Shown piece by piece: positions 1 through 12,971 of a stretch of 41,156 nucleotides of DNA. The notes beneath the pieces are model-generated. The model was given only the letters and a program-made list of their open reading frames with translations, had not been told where the DNA came from and ran no database searches. The DNA is from Parasitella parasitica NRRL 2501 (lineage: Eukaryota; Fungi; Mucoromycota), in assembly GCA_025201805.1 (NCBI GenBank), contig MU619356.1:58883-100038 (forward strand), written 5' to 3'. Every line of letters starts with the position of its first letter. Within the stretch, counting starts at the first letter, position 1. The position numbers were made by a program, and so were the translations under genes.

Positions 1-750
1 AATGTCGAAAGCGCTTTCGTCAATAAAGACACAATTACTATTGAAATCCATATCTGTTTTCGACCAAGTTTTCACCCAGTCGTGTCTTTCTTTACAAGTA
101 TTGTCAGTGTTTCTTGCATGTGGATGGCGGGTAACTTTTTTTATTGTTAAATTACAATCCTCTCTAATGTACTTTCCCACAACAGTCTCTTTCAAGGAGA
201 AGTTTTCGAAGTTTTCTGTAAGGCCATCAATTGCATCTTTAACTCGAGCTGAAGGATACTCATCAAAATAATCAAGAAGAAAAGCTTTATGCTTCTCCTG
301 TAGCTGACCTGTACCAACTTTGTTCTAATTCGTTTGCTTTTCGTATATATTCCAGTTAGGATCTTCCTTCATTCTTGCAGACCACGCTTGCCCTGTAAGT
401 ACTTTCACTCCCGCTCTCCGAGCCGATTCAGCTGCGTTTAACAATTTTATCTTGTGAAGATATACAAATAACGTTTTTTGGTCATCAGAATATAGATTTT
501 TTTTATTATTGCTTTTCGTTTTTTTCTCTTCAAGGTTCTTCTCTATTGTTTCCATTTTTTCAACAAAATCCGGACTGTCTAAGTCCATTTCCGGCTGCAC
601 TTGCTTATTCAAATAGCGTGTTAGGTTGGTTAGGTTCTCCAAATTATGAGGATCAACTTCCTCATCCCAGTCCATTGCTTCATTCCCGCTCTCATCAAAA
701 ACATATCCATGACCATCTTCAAAAATAATTTTTCCTTTTATTGAGTACAT
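1..750 (-). pseudogene. Tc1/mariner (IS630-Tc1) DDE transposase pseudogene, running off the window edge
   Basis: ORF 750..325 continues in the same frame past one TAG (327-325) as NKVGTGQLQEKHKAFLLDYFDEYPSARVKDAIDGLTENF...ERHDWVKTWSKTDMDFNSNCVFIDESAFDI. This gives an HTH-like region plus the FIDES motif (first catalytic Asp). Confidence 0.85.
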
Positions 751-970
751 GTTATCGATCTGATATTTGCTTTTTAAAGAGATAGCTTATGAAAAAGGTA
801 CGAATAAAAATAATGCAATTTGAGTTGTAAAATATGCAGTTTGACTTTTTTATTAGCGCAGTTTGAGAAATCACAAGTGCGCAATTTGACCAAATAAATA
901 TGCGCTGTTTGAAAATTAAAGATGCGCAATGAATTTTTTTTGGACGCAATTTGAAGCCGAGAGCACTGTA
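1..970 (-). mobile_element. 5' part of a Tc1/mariner element; terminus at 968, TA target at 969-970
   Basis: Minus strand reads TA|CAGTGCTCTCGGCTTCAAATTGCG about 220 bp upstream of the transposase ATG. TA|CAGT is the typical Tc1/mariner end. The partner TIR would lie outside the window. Confidence 0.6.
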
Positions 971-1481
971 ACTTACTGTAGATGTTCCGTAAATACGTTG
1001 TCAAGCTGGTTTCTAATTCTTCGGTGAACAAATAAACATAATTGAGAGACCTGATAATAAAAGTGTTATTTGCGTGTATCTAACAATCATATCATACTAC
1101 AAACTTACAGTAGACGCAAATCAGACAAACTCTTAGGCTCAAGTTTCAGAGAAACGCTTCTAAAAATTCTCAACTCGTCACTGATCACACAGACTTCATC
1201 TGAATATTTTGCGTTGTACGTCCAGCGGTTAACATTCATTTCATGCCCGGTTTGATGTTGATTGATATAAAAATCATCTTCATTAACGAGCGGGTGATAA
1301 TATTTACTCAAATCAGACAGAAATCCAATGTCAATTGAATCATGATCACCACGGATACTTTCACCTTGCTTACTTTCATCTTGGCTGCTTTCATCTTGGC
1401 TGCTATATTTTGTTCCCAGTAATCCTCCCCCCAAGACCTAAATCATGAAGTTTTTGACATCTACTTTCTTCTACTATCAAT

Positions 1482-2580
1482 ATGCCTCCTGTTCAGACTA
1501 GAAATTGCACAAGCTGCAAAATTGCTCTTCCTGAAACCTCTTCGTTCCGAAAATGTGATTCATGTCGTGTAAATAAAAATTGTTTGCCGAGTAAAACTGT
1601 AAATTGAGCAAACTTTTTTTTTTTCAGGAACGTGCCCAAAACTACGCCAGACATAGAGCTGCGTTAAGGCCGACAGCACCGGCAGCACCCAGAGCACCCA
1701 GAGCACCCAGAGCACCCAGAGCACCCAGAGCACCCAGAGCACCCGCAGCTTTTGTTTCTAAATTGGCAAGAATGGGAATCTCTAATCTGGGAACGATGAA
1801 TGTTGAATATGATGGTTGTGGTGCCTTGCATTGGGAAGCAGAAAGAGCTACCAATCAAACGAGAAACGACAATCGCTTCTCTGCTTGCTGTAAAAAAAGA
1901 AAGTGTTTTGTGGCAACACAAATTTGATGTTAATACTTGGTACCACCAAGTATTGACATACATTTATATACTGCAACTATCATATTTCCCAACCTTCCCT
2001 TTTCCTCTAATCTCTAACTACTTTTACTTATAACCAACATTGCTCAGAATAGACTTTGGTAATATTTAAACAATCATACTTTTCTATTCTTATATTAATT
2101 TCAATAAACAGTTGGTTTATATTTTATAACAGTTTAAAACATATTTGACTTAAACATAGTCCCACAAATTAAAAGGCATTATTGCCCTTATTACAAGAAC
2201 CGCCTGAGCCTTTGAATGGATTGATCAACGGAAATCATCCACGCTCAGCGCATTTCTTGCAGCATATGAGACGGTACAACACTTTGTTTGCGTTTACCCC
2301 ATTTGGTACTGACGCCAACCCTGAGCAACTTCAACGAGAGAGACAAGAAGAAATCAGAGGTGGAATCATTCCAGTTCGTGTTCATGGAGAACTGTAGCAT
2401 ATGCAAGTTCCTTTGAATTTGAACAACAGCCCAAAATACAACCAGCTGTATATTTATGATCCGGATTATTCTGCTGCAATTCGATCTGCAGATTAACGGA
2501 TTGAAGAGTTAGACGAGACAATCATTGAGCAGTTGAGCGAGATTATTGCTGATCCAGATCTTTGTGGCAACCCTTTGATT
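1482..2580 (+). pseudogene. Helitron Rep/helicase N-terminal fragment, spliced and truncated
   Basis: Exons ~1482-1568 (MPPVQTRNCTSCK...CDSCR), ~1628-1901 (LGTMNVEYDGCGALHWEAE...FSACCKK, Helitron-type zinc finger) and ~2160-2580 (HFLQHMRRYNTLFAFTPFG...VRVHGEL*HMQ...PKYQQLYIYD). In-frame stops near 2395 and 2494. Confidence 0.8.
1684..1745 (+). repeat. 9-bp tandem repeat (GCACCCAGA)n encoding Ala-Pro-Arg repeats
   Basis: Six perfect copies plus a partial one, directly visible inside Helitron exon 2. Confidence 0.95.
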
Positions 2581-2699
2581 GTTTAATCTACTTGATTTAA
2601 CTAAATTTTTACTGAAGCGTAAATTAAATCTTACCGCAAATCACACGATACGACTACTGGCCATACCAGCAATGAAGAGCTCTCATGAGCAATAACATC

Positions 2700-4821
2700 T
2701 CCACTGAATGTATTGTTCGACATTGTACAATCATTATTGATGGTGTTATAAGTGCTCTGAAAAGTGCTTTCTGAGCTGTCCTTTGCACTAGATCTGGAGA
2801 AAGACTATTAGATTGTTGTGAAAATCTAAATCGCTGCGGATAGATTTTAAAGCACTTTCGACAGAAAAGTTGTCCAGATCAATCGTTTCTCTTACAACTT
2901 CCTCTAGCCTCCAATGCATGTGTCGAGTTTTATTTCAAGTAAGACATGTCTTGATATGTAATACTGGAAAAAGGAAACTAGGAAACTGTATTTGCTTTGC
3001 TTAATGCGTAGTTGTACGAATAAAATTAGTAAAAATAACGACGTCGGCAGCTTATTCCCTATTTCTTTCGTATGGTTGTCTTCTGTAAATATTCTGTCTT
3101 TTGAGGACGACTCTTGTTCATTAGGATGGCTGCAAACTACAGATATGGCTTCGTAGACCCTTCTTCAGCAAAATTTTCTGTTGCATGCTTTTCAGCATTA
3201 GTTTTGTGATATAGTAACTTGAAAAGAGTGTTGGAATGGATTCATCTCTATAGTAATCGTATACCGCAATCATCGTAAACCAATGATGCAATGCCATGAA
3301 ACTACAGGTTTTGTGCTTTCAAGGTTCTGTGGTTGCTTTGAGGAACACCATAGATCTGTCTCGAGGGCCAGTTTGCAGCAGTGTTGAATAGCATGCTTGC
3401 TCGCTGTTGATTTAAAAGACGTCCTAGGTTATTGTCTTCCTTTGACGCCACCGTGGAAAAAATCTGTCTCGAGGGCCAGCCTCTGATACAGTTGAAAATG
3501 GATTTTGTAAAGCTTAATTCACCCTGTATCATATCGTCATCTTGAAATCCTCGTGGGGATAGGAAAGAAAGATCTCTGGCGCATGATTGACTGTTTGCTG
3601 GTATACGATCTGTACTGCGATGTAATGCATCCTCACTCAAACGCAATAAGCCAAGTTTCAGTATACTATCAATATATAGGTCGATACGCTTTTCATGATT
3701 TTTTACTTGCAGGGAACTGGTCTGTACACGAAAGACGTATAATTATGAAGTCTCATCAATTCTGAGATTCCTACTGGGCTCTGTTGGTTCAAGTGACATT
3801 AAGGCGGTCGGTCCACGGCAATTACCCACCATGAGATTTGAAATTTTGACCGGTACATGGATAAAAGGCTATATATGGTTTTGGTCACTAGGCGCAACTA
3901 CCTGTTCGAAATCTGGTTTCGGTCGTCAGTGGTCAATCGAGATCATATTCATGCAGCATCAATTACACCCAATGCCAAGCATCCTTGTTACTATGAAAAA
4001 GCATAATCAAATTGTACCGTACCCTTGCATTTCTTAAATTCCTAAACCATATAAACTAGTGTTGATTAAATAATAAAATAGACACTTTGTTTTTATGTTA
4101 AACTTTATTTTATATGTGAAGTTCTTTGATTTTATTGACAAAAGAAGCAGCATCATCAAAGAGCAATCTCTACCATAAGTGTGGTAGATTCCGCAAGCAG
4201 CGTGCCCTGAATCAAAACAAAACCATCACAGCCGAAAAAGCTGCCGTCTTGAAGTACCATTTCATAGGGCTGATGAGGCGTCAGACTTCATTTCAAAGAG
4301 AATACAGAAGAAGCATCTGTCTTCTTCCTTATTTTCCTTAGGCTTAATCTGATCGAAAATTTTTGGTTCAGAAGAAAGGACTATGTAAAGAAAGCAAAGT
4401 TTGATGGCACTGATGACCTAAAAACGAGTGTAACTGAGGCATCAAACAAAGTAAAAGACCATCTAAACTTGGGAGCATTATGGTCAACATCCTGTAAACA
4501 GGCTCGACATCTGCAAAAGAAGCCTCTTCAACAAACCGTATATCGATCGCTTTCAATTGTGATGTTTTTTGTTGACACAAGTTGAGAAAACTTGAAGCGC
4601 GCATTGAGTTTCTAGAAAATGTAAGTTTTTTTGTTGTTGATCAAATGCGCAAAGATCAGTTAGGCCCAATTTTGACTTGTTCCAAAAAGACAAAATCAAA
4701 TTCTGAAAACGATACTTATATGCTAATAAACGGCCATTCCATTTTCTAGGTAGTGCCATTTACTTTCAGGTAACGGCGATTTGTTTTATCTGAACTGACA
4801 AAATCTACCAACCTCACTGTA
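2700..4821 (-). mobile_element. Unclassified decayed DNA-transposon-like relic
   Basis: Broken minus-strand reading frames (e.g. 3646..3302) and a possible TA|CAGTG terminus at 4821-4815. No family motif recognised with confidence; left boundary approximate. Confidence 0.3.
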
Positions 4822-4998
4822 ATTAGAATTTCAAGTGTAGTATTCCTGCAGATTGTTTTACAATTGTTTTAATATTTAATAAATGTTTAAAATAAATTTA
4901 TAGAGTAAGATGGAGAAAAAAGAAGAAAAGTTTCAAGCTGGGTAGATCAAGCTTGAACGTTTTAAAGCTTTTTGCTTCTTTCTAGGCTGTTTTTCATC

Positions 4999-7900
4999 TT
5001 ACCAGACGGGGACACCTTGAGTGATCTCCTTGGGCTTAAGAGCATCACCGGTCAAAGCCTCACTTAAAAGACTATATTCTTCTTGGAAATGTTTCTTCTT
5101 GTTACCAGTAGCAACTGAAGCGGAAGGAGGACGACCAGCATAGCGAGGAGATTTGCCAGCATGGTGTTCAGTCTGAGACAAAGAAGTGGCAATACGAGGC
5201 TGGACGTGATGCCAGACACCCATATTCAAAGGCTCTTCTTGACACCAAACAATCTCGGCGTTAGGATACTTGTCGGCATGTTCCTTTACTTGCTCATAGG
5301 GGAAGGGGTTGAGTTGTTCAACACGAGAAATAGCAACGTCATTGATCTTGTTTTGCTCACGAGCCTTCAAAAGAGCGTAGTAAACTTGGCCGGTACACAT
5401 GATGTGCTTGGTGATCTTCTCGGGGGCAACGAGATGCTCAGGATGCTCTTCAGGCAAGTAAAGTTGGAAATGAGTCTCACCAGTCAAGTCTCCCAAGTCG
5501 GACTTGGCAAGAGGATGACGAAGCAAGGACTTGGAGAAGGGCATAATCAACGGCTTGCGGAACTGGCGGCAGATTTGACGACGCAAGACATGGAAGTACT
5601 GAGAGGGGGTGGAAGCATAGACAACTTGCATATTGCAGTCTTGGTGCTGACGAGATAACTTTTCGGCAGAGGGGTAGATATATGGGTTGTCATCGCATAG
5701 TTGGAGATAACGCTCGATTCTGGATGAGGAATGTTCAGGGCCTTGACCATCATAACCGTGAGGAAGTGATAGCACTAAGCCGGTGCGTTGAAGCCATTTT
5801 TGCTCACCAGCGGCCAAGAATTGGTCAACAATGACTTGAGCAGTGTTGGCGAAATCACCGAATTGAGCCTCCCACATAACGAGAGAGTCAGGGTTGACAA
5901 GAGAGTAGCCTAATTCAAAGCCCAGAACACCGTACTCTGACAAGGAAGAGTTGGAAATGGACAAGGCACCTTGTTCAGGGCTGATGTGGTTCAAGAGAGT
6001 GTACTTGGAGCCGTCCTTTTGATCGTGAAGAACAGCATGACGTTGAGAGAAGGTACCACGTTCAACATCCTGACCAGAGACACGGATATGCTTGCCTTCA
6101 GCAAGCAGAGTTCCCCAAGCCAAAGCTTCAGCGGTGGACCAGTCAACATCCTTACCTTCATTCAGGGACTTTTCACGGTTTTGGAGAATACGCTTCAAAT
6201 TGCGATGGATGTTGAAGTTGTGGGGAAGGGTGCTCAGAGCCTTACCAACAGTTTGGAGGCTTTCGAGTGCAACACCAGTGGGGTAGTGAGGCAAGTTTTC
6301 TTCAGCCAGTTCCTTGGGAGACTTGAAACCAGGCCATGAACTAGATTGCCATTCACTGGAAGTGGGCTTGTAATCCTTGCTGCGGGCATAGCTATCTTCA
6401 AGGATGTCCCAGACACGCTTCTTGTTTTCCTTGATTTCAGAATCAGTAAGAGAACCTTCCTCCTTTAGTTGAGTTTCATAAAGTTGGGCGACGGGCTTTT
6501 GCTTGGCAATAGCATCGTACATGCGAGGTTGGGTGAACATGGGCTGGTCGGTTTCGTTGTGGCCGTGCTTGCGGTAGCAAACCAAGTCAATGACAACATC
6601 CTTGTGGAAAGTCTGTCGCCAATCAGCAGCCATCTGCATGACATAAGTAACAGCCTCAGCATCATCACCGTTGACGTGGAAGATGGGAGCATTGATGGAT
6701 TTGGCAATATCAGTACAGTAAGGAGTAGAGCGGCCGTAGCGAGGATCGGTAGTGAAACCAATTTGGTTGTTGACAACAACGTGGATAGTGCCACCAGTAG
6801 AGTAAGAAGGCAGATCATGGAAGCCCATGGTCTCATACACAACGCCTTGGCCGGCAAAAGCTGCGTCACCGTGAATCAAGACGGCCATGGAGTGGTCGCC
6901 TTCGTTATCCTTGCCATAGAATTGGAGGGCACGAGTCTTACCGAGCACAACAGGGTCAACAGCTTCCAAGTGAGAGGGATTAGCGACCAAAGAGAGATGA
7001 ACACGTTTGCCAGAGGGAGTAGGGCGAACATAGTTCATACCAAGATGGTACTTGACGTCGCCAGAGCCTTCCTCAGAGGGTTCGACAGCACCGCTAAATT
7101 CGCAGAAAATGGACTCATTGGGCTTACGGACGACGTTGGAAAGGACATTGAGACGACCACGATGAGGCATGCCAATGACAATGGACTCAACGCCAAGATC
7201 GACGGAGCGATCGATCTAGTTTCAGCAGTGTCAGTGCTATTTCTCTTTGCAGCTCAAATCCAAACTTACCATAGCTTTCATACCGGGGATCAAAGTTTCA
7301 CCGCCTTCGAGGCCAAAACGTTTCTCGGAGGGATACTTTGAGGCAACAAAGCGCTCAAAGCTGTCAGACCAGGTCAGACGGTCCAAAATAACACGTTTTT
7401 CCTCAACAGAATACTTGTAAGGCTCGGGTGTTTCAATACGCTCACGAATCCAATCGCATTGAGCACGGTCAGGAATATGAATGTATTCGACACCAATCGA
7501 ACCGCCTATCAAATGACGAAAAAACATGAGAAGAAATGATCAACTAATCCAGGGGGGGAGAAAAGGGCGGAGGAGCGAGAGTGGCCTTTGCCCTTCCCCC
7601 CCCTCTCCCTCGACCGTAATAAAAACCAAACTTACAGTAGATTTTCTTCAAGTGAGAGATAATTTCACGAAGAGTAAGAGTAGCGCCGCCCTTGGTAAAA
7701 GCAGGCAAGATACCAGGACCAATGGTGAAAGTTCTGTCAAGGTCTCTGTCCTTGAAGCCGTAGTAGGTGTATTCTAATTCGGGTGGTGTTGATGAGTTGA
7801 GGTCAGCATGCTGGATGCCCAAAGGATCCAAATTGGCAATGTGATGACCGCGCACTTGATAAGCTCTGGACAAGAGTTGGATCTTCATGTGGTCAATGAC

Positions 7901-8281
7901 TTCAGAGGAGCCACCGGCGCCAGCGATACCATCGCCAGGCAAAACAGGCAAACGAGCACTAGCAGAAGGAACCAAAGTAGGGGGTGGAGTGTACGCCTGG
8001 CCAGGAGACACACCGTTGGCCATGTTTTTAAAGTACACTTGCCAGGACAAGTGCACAGAGGAAGGCTCCTTCAGCCAAGCCTCATACATTTCCTCAATGT
8101 AGTTGGCAGAGCTTCCATGCAAGAAACCGTCGTTTGTCTCGGGTGCAGCGAAGCGGGTTTTGTTGGTGTGGAAAGGCGCAACAGAGGCACGAAGCAATGA
8201 TTGGCGAGCAACTCGTGGAAGAGTCTTGATAGAGGGTCTAATTGCGCTAGACACTCTACTGAGTGCTGATAAGCGATNNNN
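4999..8281 (-). CDS. KGD1: 2-oxoglutarate dehydrogenase E1 subunit, mitochondrial
   Basis: Exons ~8281(start codon presumably in the N gap)-7636, 7505-7270, 7215-4999 with GT-AG introns. Motifs [64 protein letters not shown]. Arg/Ser-rich presequence. Confidence 0.98.
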
Positions 8282-9400
8282 NNNNNNNNNNNNNNNNNNN
8301 NNNNNNNNNNNNNNNNNNNNNNNNNNNNNNNNNNNNNNNNNNNNNNNAAAAAAAAAAAAAAAAGAAAAAAATAGTCAAGGGAAGAAAGGGGTGGTTGTTT
8401 GTGTTTGTGGGGTAAATTATGAAGGGAATGGTTACATTCAAGGCAATTTCGATGGCTATGTGACGTATACACGAAAATTACGGCTCAATTTTAGCAGCGT
8501 CGCTTGTATACGGCTAGTTCTCCCGGTTTCAAACGGTTCTTCCGCTGGCGCAAAATCGCACCTCATCTCTTGTGTCTGCTAATATCATCATCGGGAACAC
8601 ATTGCTGGCATGCCGTTTGCAGCGAATTTGTTTCGTGTCATATCTGTGGCTCTTGTAGGGCAGCCCTGCTGGAGCACTCAACTCGGGTCGCATGTTCCCT
8701 GACGTTTAAAGTGAGTCTTCCAGTGCTTGACTCTCTCATTTAGCTCGTTTTTGTTGTGCAGATCAACCATATTCTACAGCTTTAAATCGCCGCGTGCAGA
8801 TACATGTCAACAAGGGTCAACCATGGCTGTAAAGCAAACACCTGCAAACCTGGAAAAACGTATGTTGTGGATCGACGAAAAGCGCATGGATAATTGGGCA
8901 AGGGGGCCAGGTGGCTAGAAATGTTTATTTTAAATGAAAATGTCCATTTAGTATACAGTGCTCTAATAGTTTACCCCGGCATGTTTTGACAGGCAAATCG
9001 TCCATGATTTACGAGGTGATGCGGATAAATTACCATTATGTGTTCACAGAACAATTCAATTTTTAATGAATATCAATAAATATACCTCAATTTGATGGGT
9101 TTGGTACATAGGGGAGGGGGGGGGGGTTTAGAAAAATGTGATTTAGGACTGACCTTGAGCTTATTTTGCCCGTAAAAGCTATAACATTGAACCGAACAAG
9201 GCCTTTAGATATGGATTAAAATATGGATTTTATGGCTGGGTCTTTGACAACATGAACATTGCGGCAAATGTAAAAAAAAGCTCACGCAGCAAGCAGCCTC
9301 AAGTGAGTCTGTTGCACAACTCCTTCAAACGACGCGGACTGCATTTAAACAGTTCAGCTTCAATTTTATCCCTCTTTTGTTTTGCAAATCCTTTCGCAAT

Positions 9401-10523
9401 ATGACTACAGCTGCACAACTCGATGGGCTTTCCCTTGGCGAGCTGTTCCGGATTGGCCAATCAGTCTTGACAGAGCTAGAAGACTCTCACTTATCCAGCA
9501 CTGATCCAGAATACCAGGCCCAAGTTGCAAAAGGACTTCAAATGCTCACGCGCGCGGATGATTTAGTCGGCAAACTGGCAATTTTCAGCGACAACGAAAT
9601 ACTAGAAGATATAAATACCAACGATCTCAAGTTTCTAATGGTCCCTGCTTATTTGGGCAACTTGACATTGAAGATGAATAGTCCTGATCGACGTTCGGTA
9701 CTGGAGACATCTAGAGAACATCTAGAGAGGTTCTTGGGTGCCTGTCAAGATCATGCATTGGTGCAGAAGCAGGACTTGCGTTTAATGGAGCAACTACAAC
9801 ACAAGGCGCCTAGTGTAGCAGCATCTCAGCAGCGCGATCAGAAAATTGCTCGATTTAAGCGTGAACGCGATGTCAAACAGCAGATATCACAATTGCGCCA
9901 ACAACTAGACTCTGTGGCCAACGAGGAAAATGAAGACCGTGATGTAGATGACTTGGAGCGAAAATGGGTGGAGGCGTTGATTGAACTGGAGATTCTGAAG
10001 GCGTTGGAGACCTGGCATGCTATTGAACAAGAGATGGTTATGGTCAAAGAAATGGAAGCAATGAAGGAGATGAGGGAAAAGACGGGAAGAGACACATCTT
10101 TAGATGAACGACAAGAGCCACGGTCGAGCCGAGCAACATGGGGTGAAAACAAGCCCATACTGAGTAAAGAGGGTAGACCATTGCAGCCCTTTGTCATTAC
10201 AAATAAAAGAGAGCAGCTAAAGAACCAAGTGTTTGGATATAGCCACAATTTGCCGACAATGACCATTGATGAATATCTCGATCAAGAGATGGAACGAGGA
10301 AATATCATTCAAGGAGGGTAGGTTACTTTTTGATCCGTAATACATGATAGCATGTCTGATTCGATATATTTCAATATATTTCAGTGGAGAGGAGCCCGAG
10401 AAACCTGAAATTGACGACAATGACTACGAAGCACAGGATGCTGACACTTTGAAAAAAAGAGAATGGGACGAGTTTGTTGACGCCAACCCAAGAGGAGCTG
10501 GAAACCGAGGCAACAAAGGATAA
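9401..10523 (+). CDS. TAP42: TAP42 / IGBP1 (alpha4) PP2A-family phosphatase regulator
   Basis: Exons 9401-10317 and 10385-10523. Motifs IFSDNEILEDINTNDLKFL, RDQKIARFK, GRPLQPFVI, VFGYSHNLPTMTIDEYL, REWDEFVDANPRGAGN. Confidence 0.93.
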
Positions 10524-10723
10524 CGCAAGAAATAAGGCTTTTATGAGAAAAACTTTAGATGTTGATAGATAGACAATTCACTGCTACTTTCCAGGCATCA
10601 GAAATGATCTGATCTACAAAGATTTGCAACCAAGATTACCATGGTGATTTCGAGTCACTTTTTTTTTTGTTAAAAAAATAATAAATAAACTTTTTTTCTG
10701 CTTCTTTTTAACCTAAAATCAGA

Positions 10724-11612
10724 ATGAGCAACCACGACATCGAACGCATCAAGAGCTTGCTTGGTACACACGATAATTTCCCTAAAGAGGTATACATTAT
10801 CTCACGATCTGCAGGCTCCCTGAAATACTAACATCTCTCTCATTTGGATAGGGCATTGTCTTCAAGGATATGTTTCCTGTCTTCCAAGACCCTACTGCTG
10901 TCGAAGCCCTTATCTGCAACATTGTTCATCACATCAACTCTACCTATAGTGAGAAAATTGACGCTGTTGTCGGTAAGTAGTATAAAAAATAAATAAAAAA
11001 AGCTAGACAATGAATTAATCAAGCTTAGGTCTCGATGCTCGTGGTTTCTTATTCGGCCCATTGATTGCCCTTCGTTTGGGTGCCGCCTTTGTTCCCGTTC
11101 GTAAGCAAGGAAAGCTACCTGGAGAATGTGCTCAAGCTACTTATAAGAAGGAATATGGAGAGGTAATGATTGTGTGAAAGGGCATTTGTGTGACGAAACG
11201 AGCTTTTTTTTTTTTTNNNNNNNNNNNNNNNNNNNNNNNNNNNNNNNNNNNNNNNNNNNNNNNNNNNNNNNNNNNNNNNNNNNNNNNNNNNNNNNNNNNN
11301 NNNNNNNNNNNNNNNNNNNNNNNNNNNNNNNNNNNNNNNNNNNNNNNNNNNNNNNNNNNNNNNNNNTTTTCGCTCACACTCCTACCTGACCTATAGGATA
11401 TTTTCGAAATCCAAAAATCTGCCCTCAAGGAAGGTCAAAACGTAATTGTCGTTGATGATCTAATTGCTACTGGCGGTTCTGCTTCTGCTGCTGGTGAGCT
11501 TATCAAACAGTGTAATGCCAAGACTATCGAATACGTCTTTGTCATGGAGCTTGACTTTTTGAATGGTTCCAAGGTTTTAGACGCTCCTGTTTATTCTTTG
11601 ATTCATTTGTAA
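10724..11612 (+). CDS. APT1: Adenine phosphoribosyltransferase (4 exons; absent from the ORF track)
   Basis: Exons ~10724-10789, 10851-10972, 11029-11162, 11397-11612 give [40 protein letters not shown] and the PRPP-binding motif [13 protein letters not shown]. Intron 3 contains an N gap. Confidence 0.95.
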
Positions 11613-12912
11613 AAAATGGCTACCGTTAAATTATTATTCGCTGTAAAAAAAGAAATAAAAAGATTGTGTATTTATAACAAATAAAACGAATCAGTCGAAC
11701 AAAAGTAAGAAGAGACATTAAAAACATGCTGTTTTTTGTCACCGTGTGTCAAACTAGCCAATACTATCATGATCTCATCCTCAATATTGTTAACAAATAA
11801 AGCATCTCTCCTTGGACATACCGTGGTTTAAGTTGATTGAAATATGCCCATCAGCAGAAAGCAGTATTTTCCATACCACAAACAGACGTTTTAATCCACA
11901 ACAAAATTTAACGCTTGATTAAAAACAGGCATGATCATCGCTGCTGTCTGAGCGTAATTTGCTTTCCATTGGGTTGTTTTCATAAATTCAAACATTTGGT
12001 CATAACGTCAGAAACATTTGTATAGATGTATTTATCGATATATATTCAGAAACCATGTGAAATTGCATACAAACATCGATAGTACAGTAGTAGGCTAAAA
12101 TAATGCCTGCTTTATGCTTGATTAATACAAGCAGGATCAGGGCTACCTGAGCATAGCTTGGTTTTCACTGGGCAATGTGTCTATCAAACTGATGTTTCAG
12201 TGGTAAATCTTTAATAGAAGCTGGGCCAACCCATTACAAGGTCGGTGCTTGTGGCTACAACATTCATCATAATGGAAACTAGTGATAGAATTAAGCCGCT
12301 CTAATACCCAAATTATACTCAAGTAAATCAGCTGGTTTTCTTTTTGCTCGAGACTCTTTCAAGAAATACTTCTAGTTCAAAGTCATCAGTTTTCTACATT
12401 TTATGATTAAAGTAATCGGATGCTTGAGCATTAGGCTATCCCAAGTCAACATATTTTTAATCCAAGCATTTCTTAATGGTAGGCAGCTTTCGTTGCGTTA
12501 AGGCTCGTGATTAGAGTGCTTTCAAAAATGGTNNNNNNNNNNNNNNNNNNNNNNNNNNNNNNNNNNNNNNNNNNNNNNNNNNNNNNNNNNNNNNNNNNNN
12601 NNNNNNNNNNNNNNNNNNNNNNNNNNNNNNNNNNNNNNNNNNNNNNNNNNNNNNNNNNNNNNNNNNNNNNNNNNNNNNNNNNNNNNNNNNNNNNNNNNNN
12701 NNNNNNNNNNNNNNNNNNNNNNNNNNNNNNNNNNNNNNNNNNNNNNNNNNNNNNNNNNNNNNNNNNNNNNNNNNNNNNNNNNNNNNNNNNNNNNNNNNNN
12801 NNNNNNNNNNNNNNNNNNNNNNNNNNNNNNNNNNNNNNNNNNNNNNNNNNNNNNNNNNNNNNNNNNNNNNNNNNNNNNNNNNNNNNNNNNNNNNNNNNNN
12901 NNNNNNNNNNNN

Positions 12913-12971
<59 letters not shown>

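Noticed and set aside
325-327. Programmed stop-codon readthrough in the transposase
   Set aside because: A single TAG in a region of decayed TEs with no readthrough context; a nonsense mutation is the simpler explanation.
1105-1434. 109-aa minus-strand ORF between the Tc1 and Helitron relics
   Set aside because: No ATG start and no recognisable motif. Probably a TE fragment, but not supportable.
1560-1963. Minus-strand ORFs with VLW, GAL and GCS (metallothionein-like) repeats
   Set aside because: Alternative frames of the 9-bp repeat; the plus frame has Helitron homology.
7506-7635. TPP riboswitch in an intron of the TPP-dependent enzyme KGD1
   Set aside because: The conserved aptamer motifs (CUGAGA and the CUGAU...UAAU...GCG core) are absent from both introns.
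5161-8200. Long plus-strand ORFs (165, 122, 290, 130 aa) antisense to KGD1
   Set aside because: Expected shadow ORFs from the strong codon bias of a highly expressed gene; no motifs.
8954-8964. TACAGTGCTCT matching the Tc1-like terminus at 960-970 in inverted orientation
   Set aside because: The match stops at 11 bp and the two copies face away from each other, so they do not enclose the intervening genes. Chance or a tiny relic.
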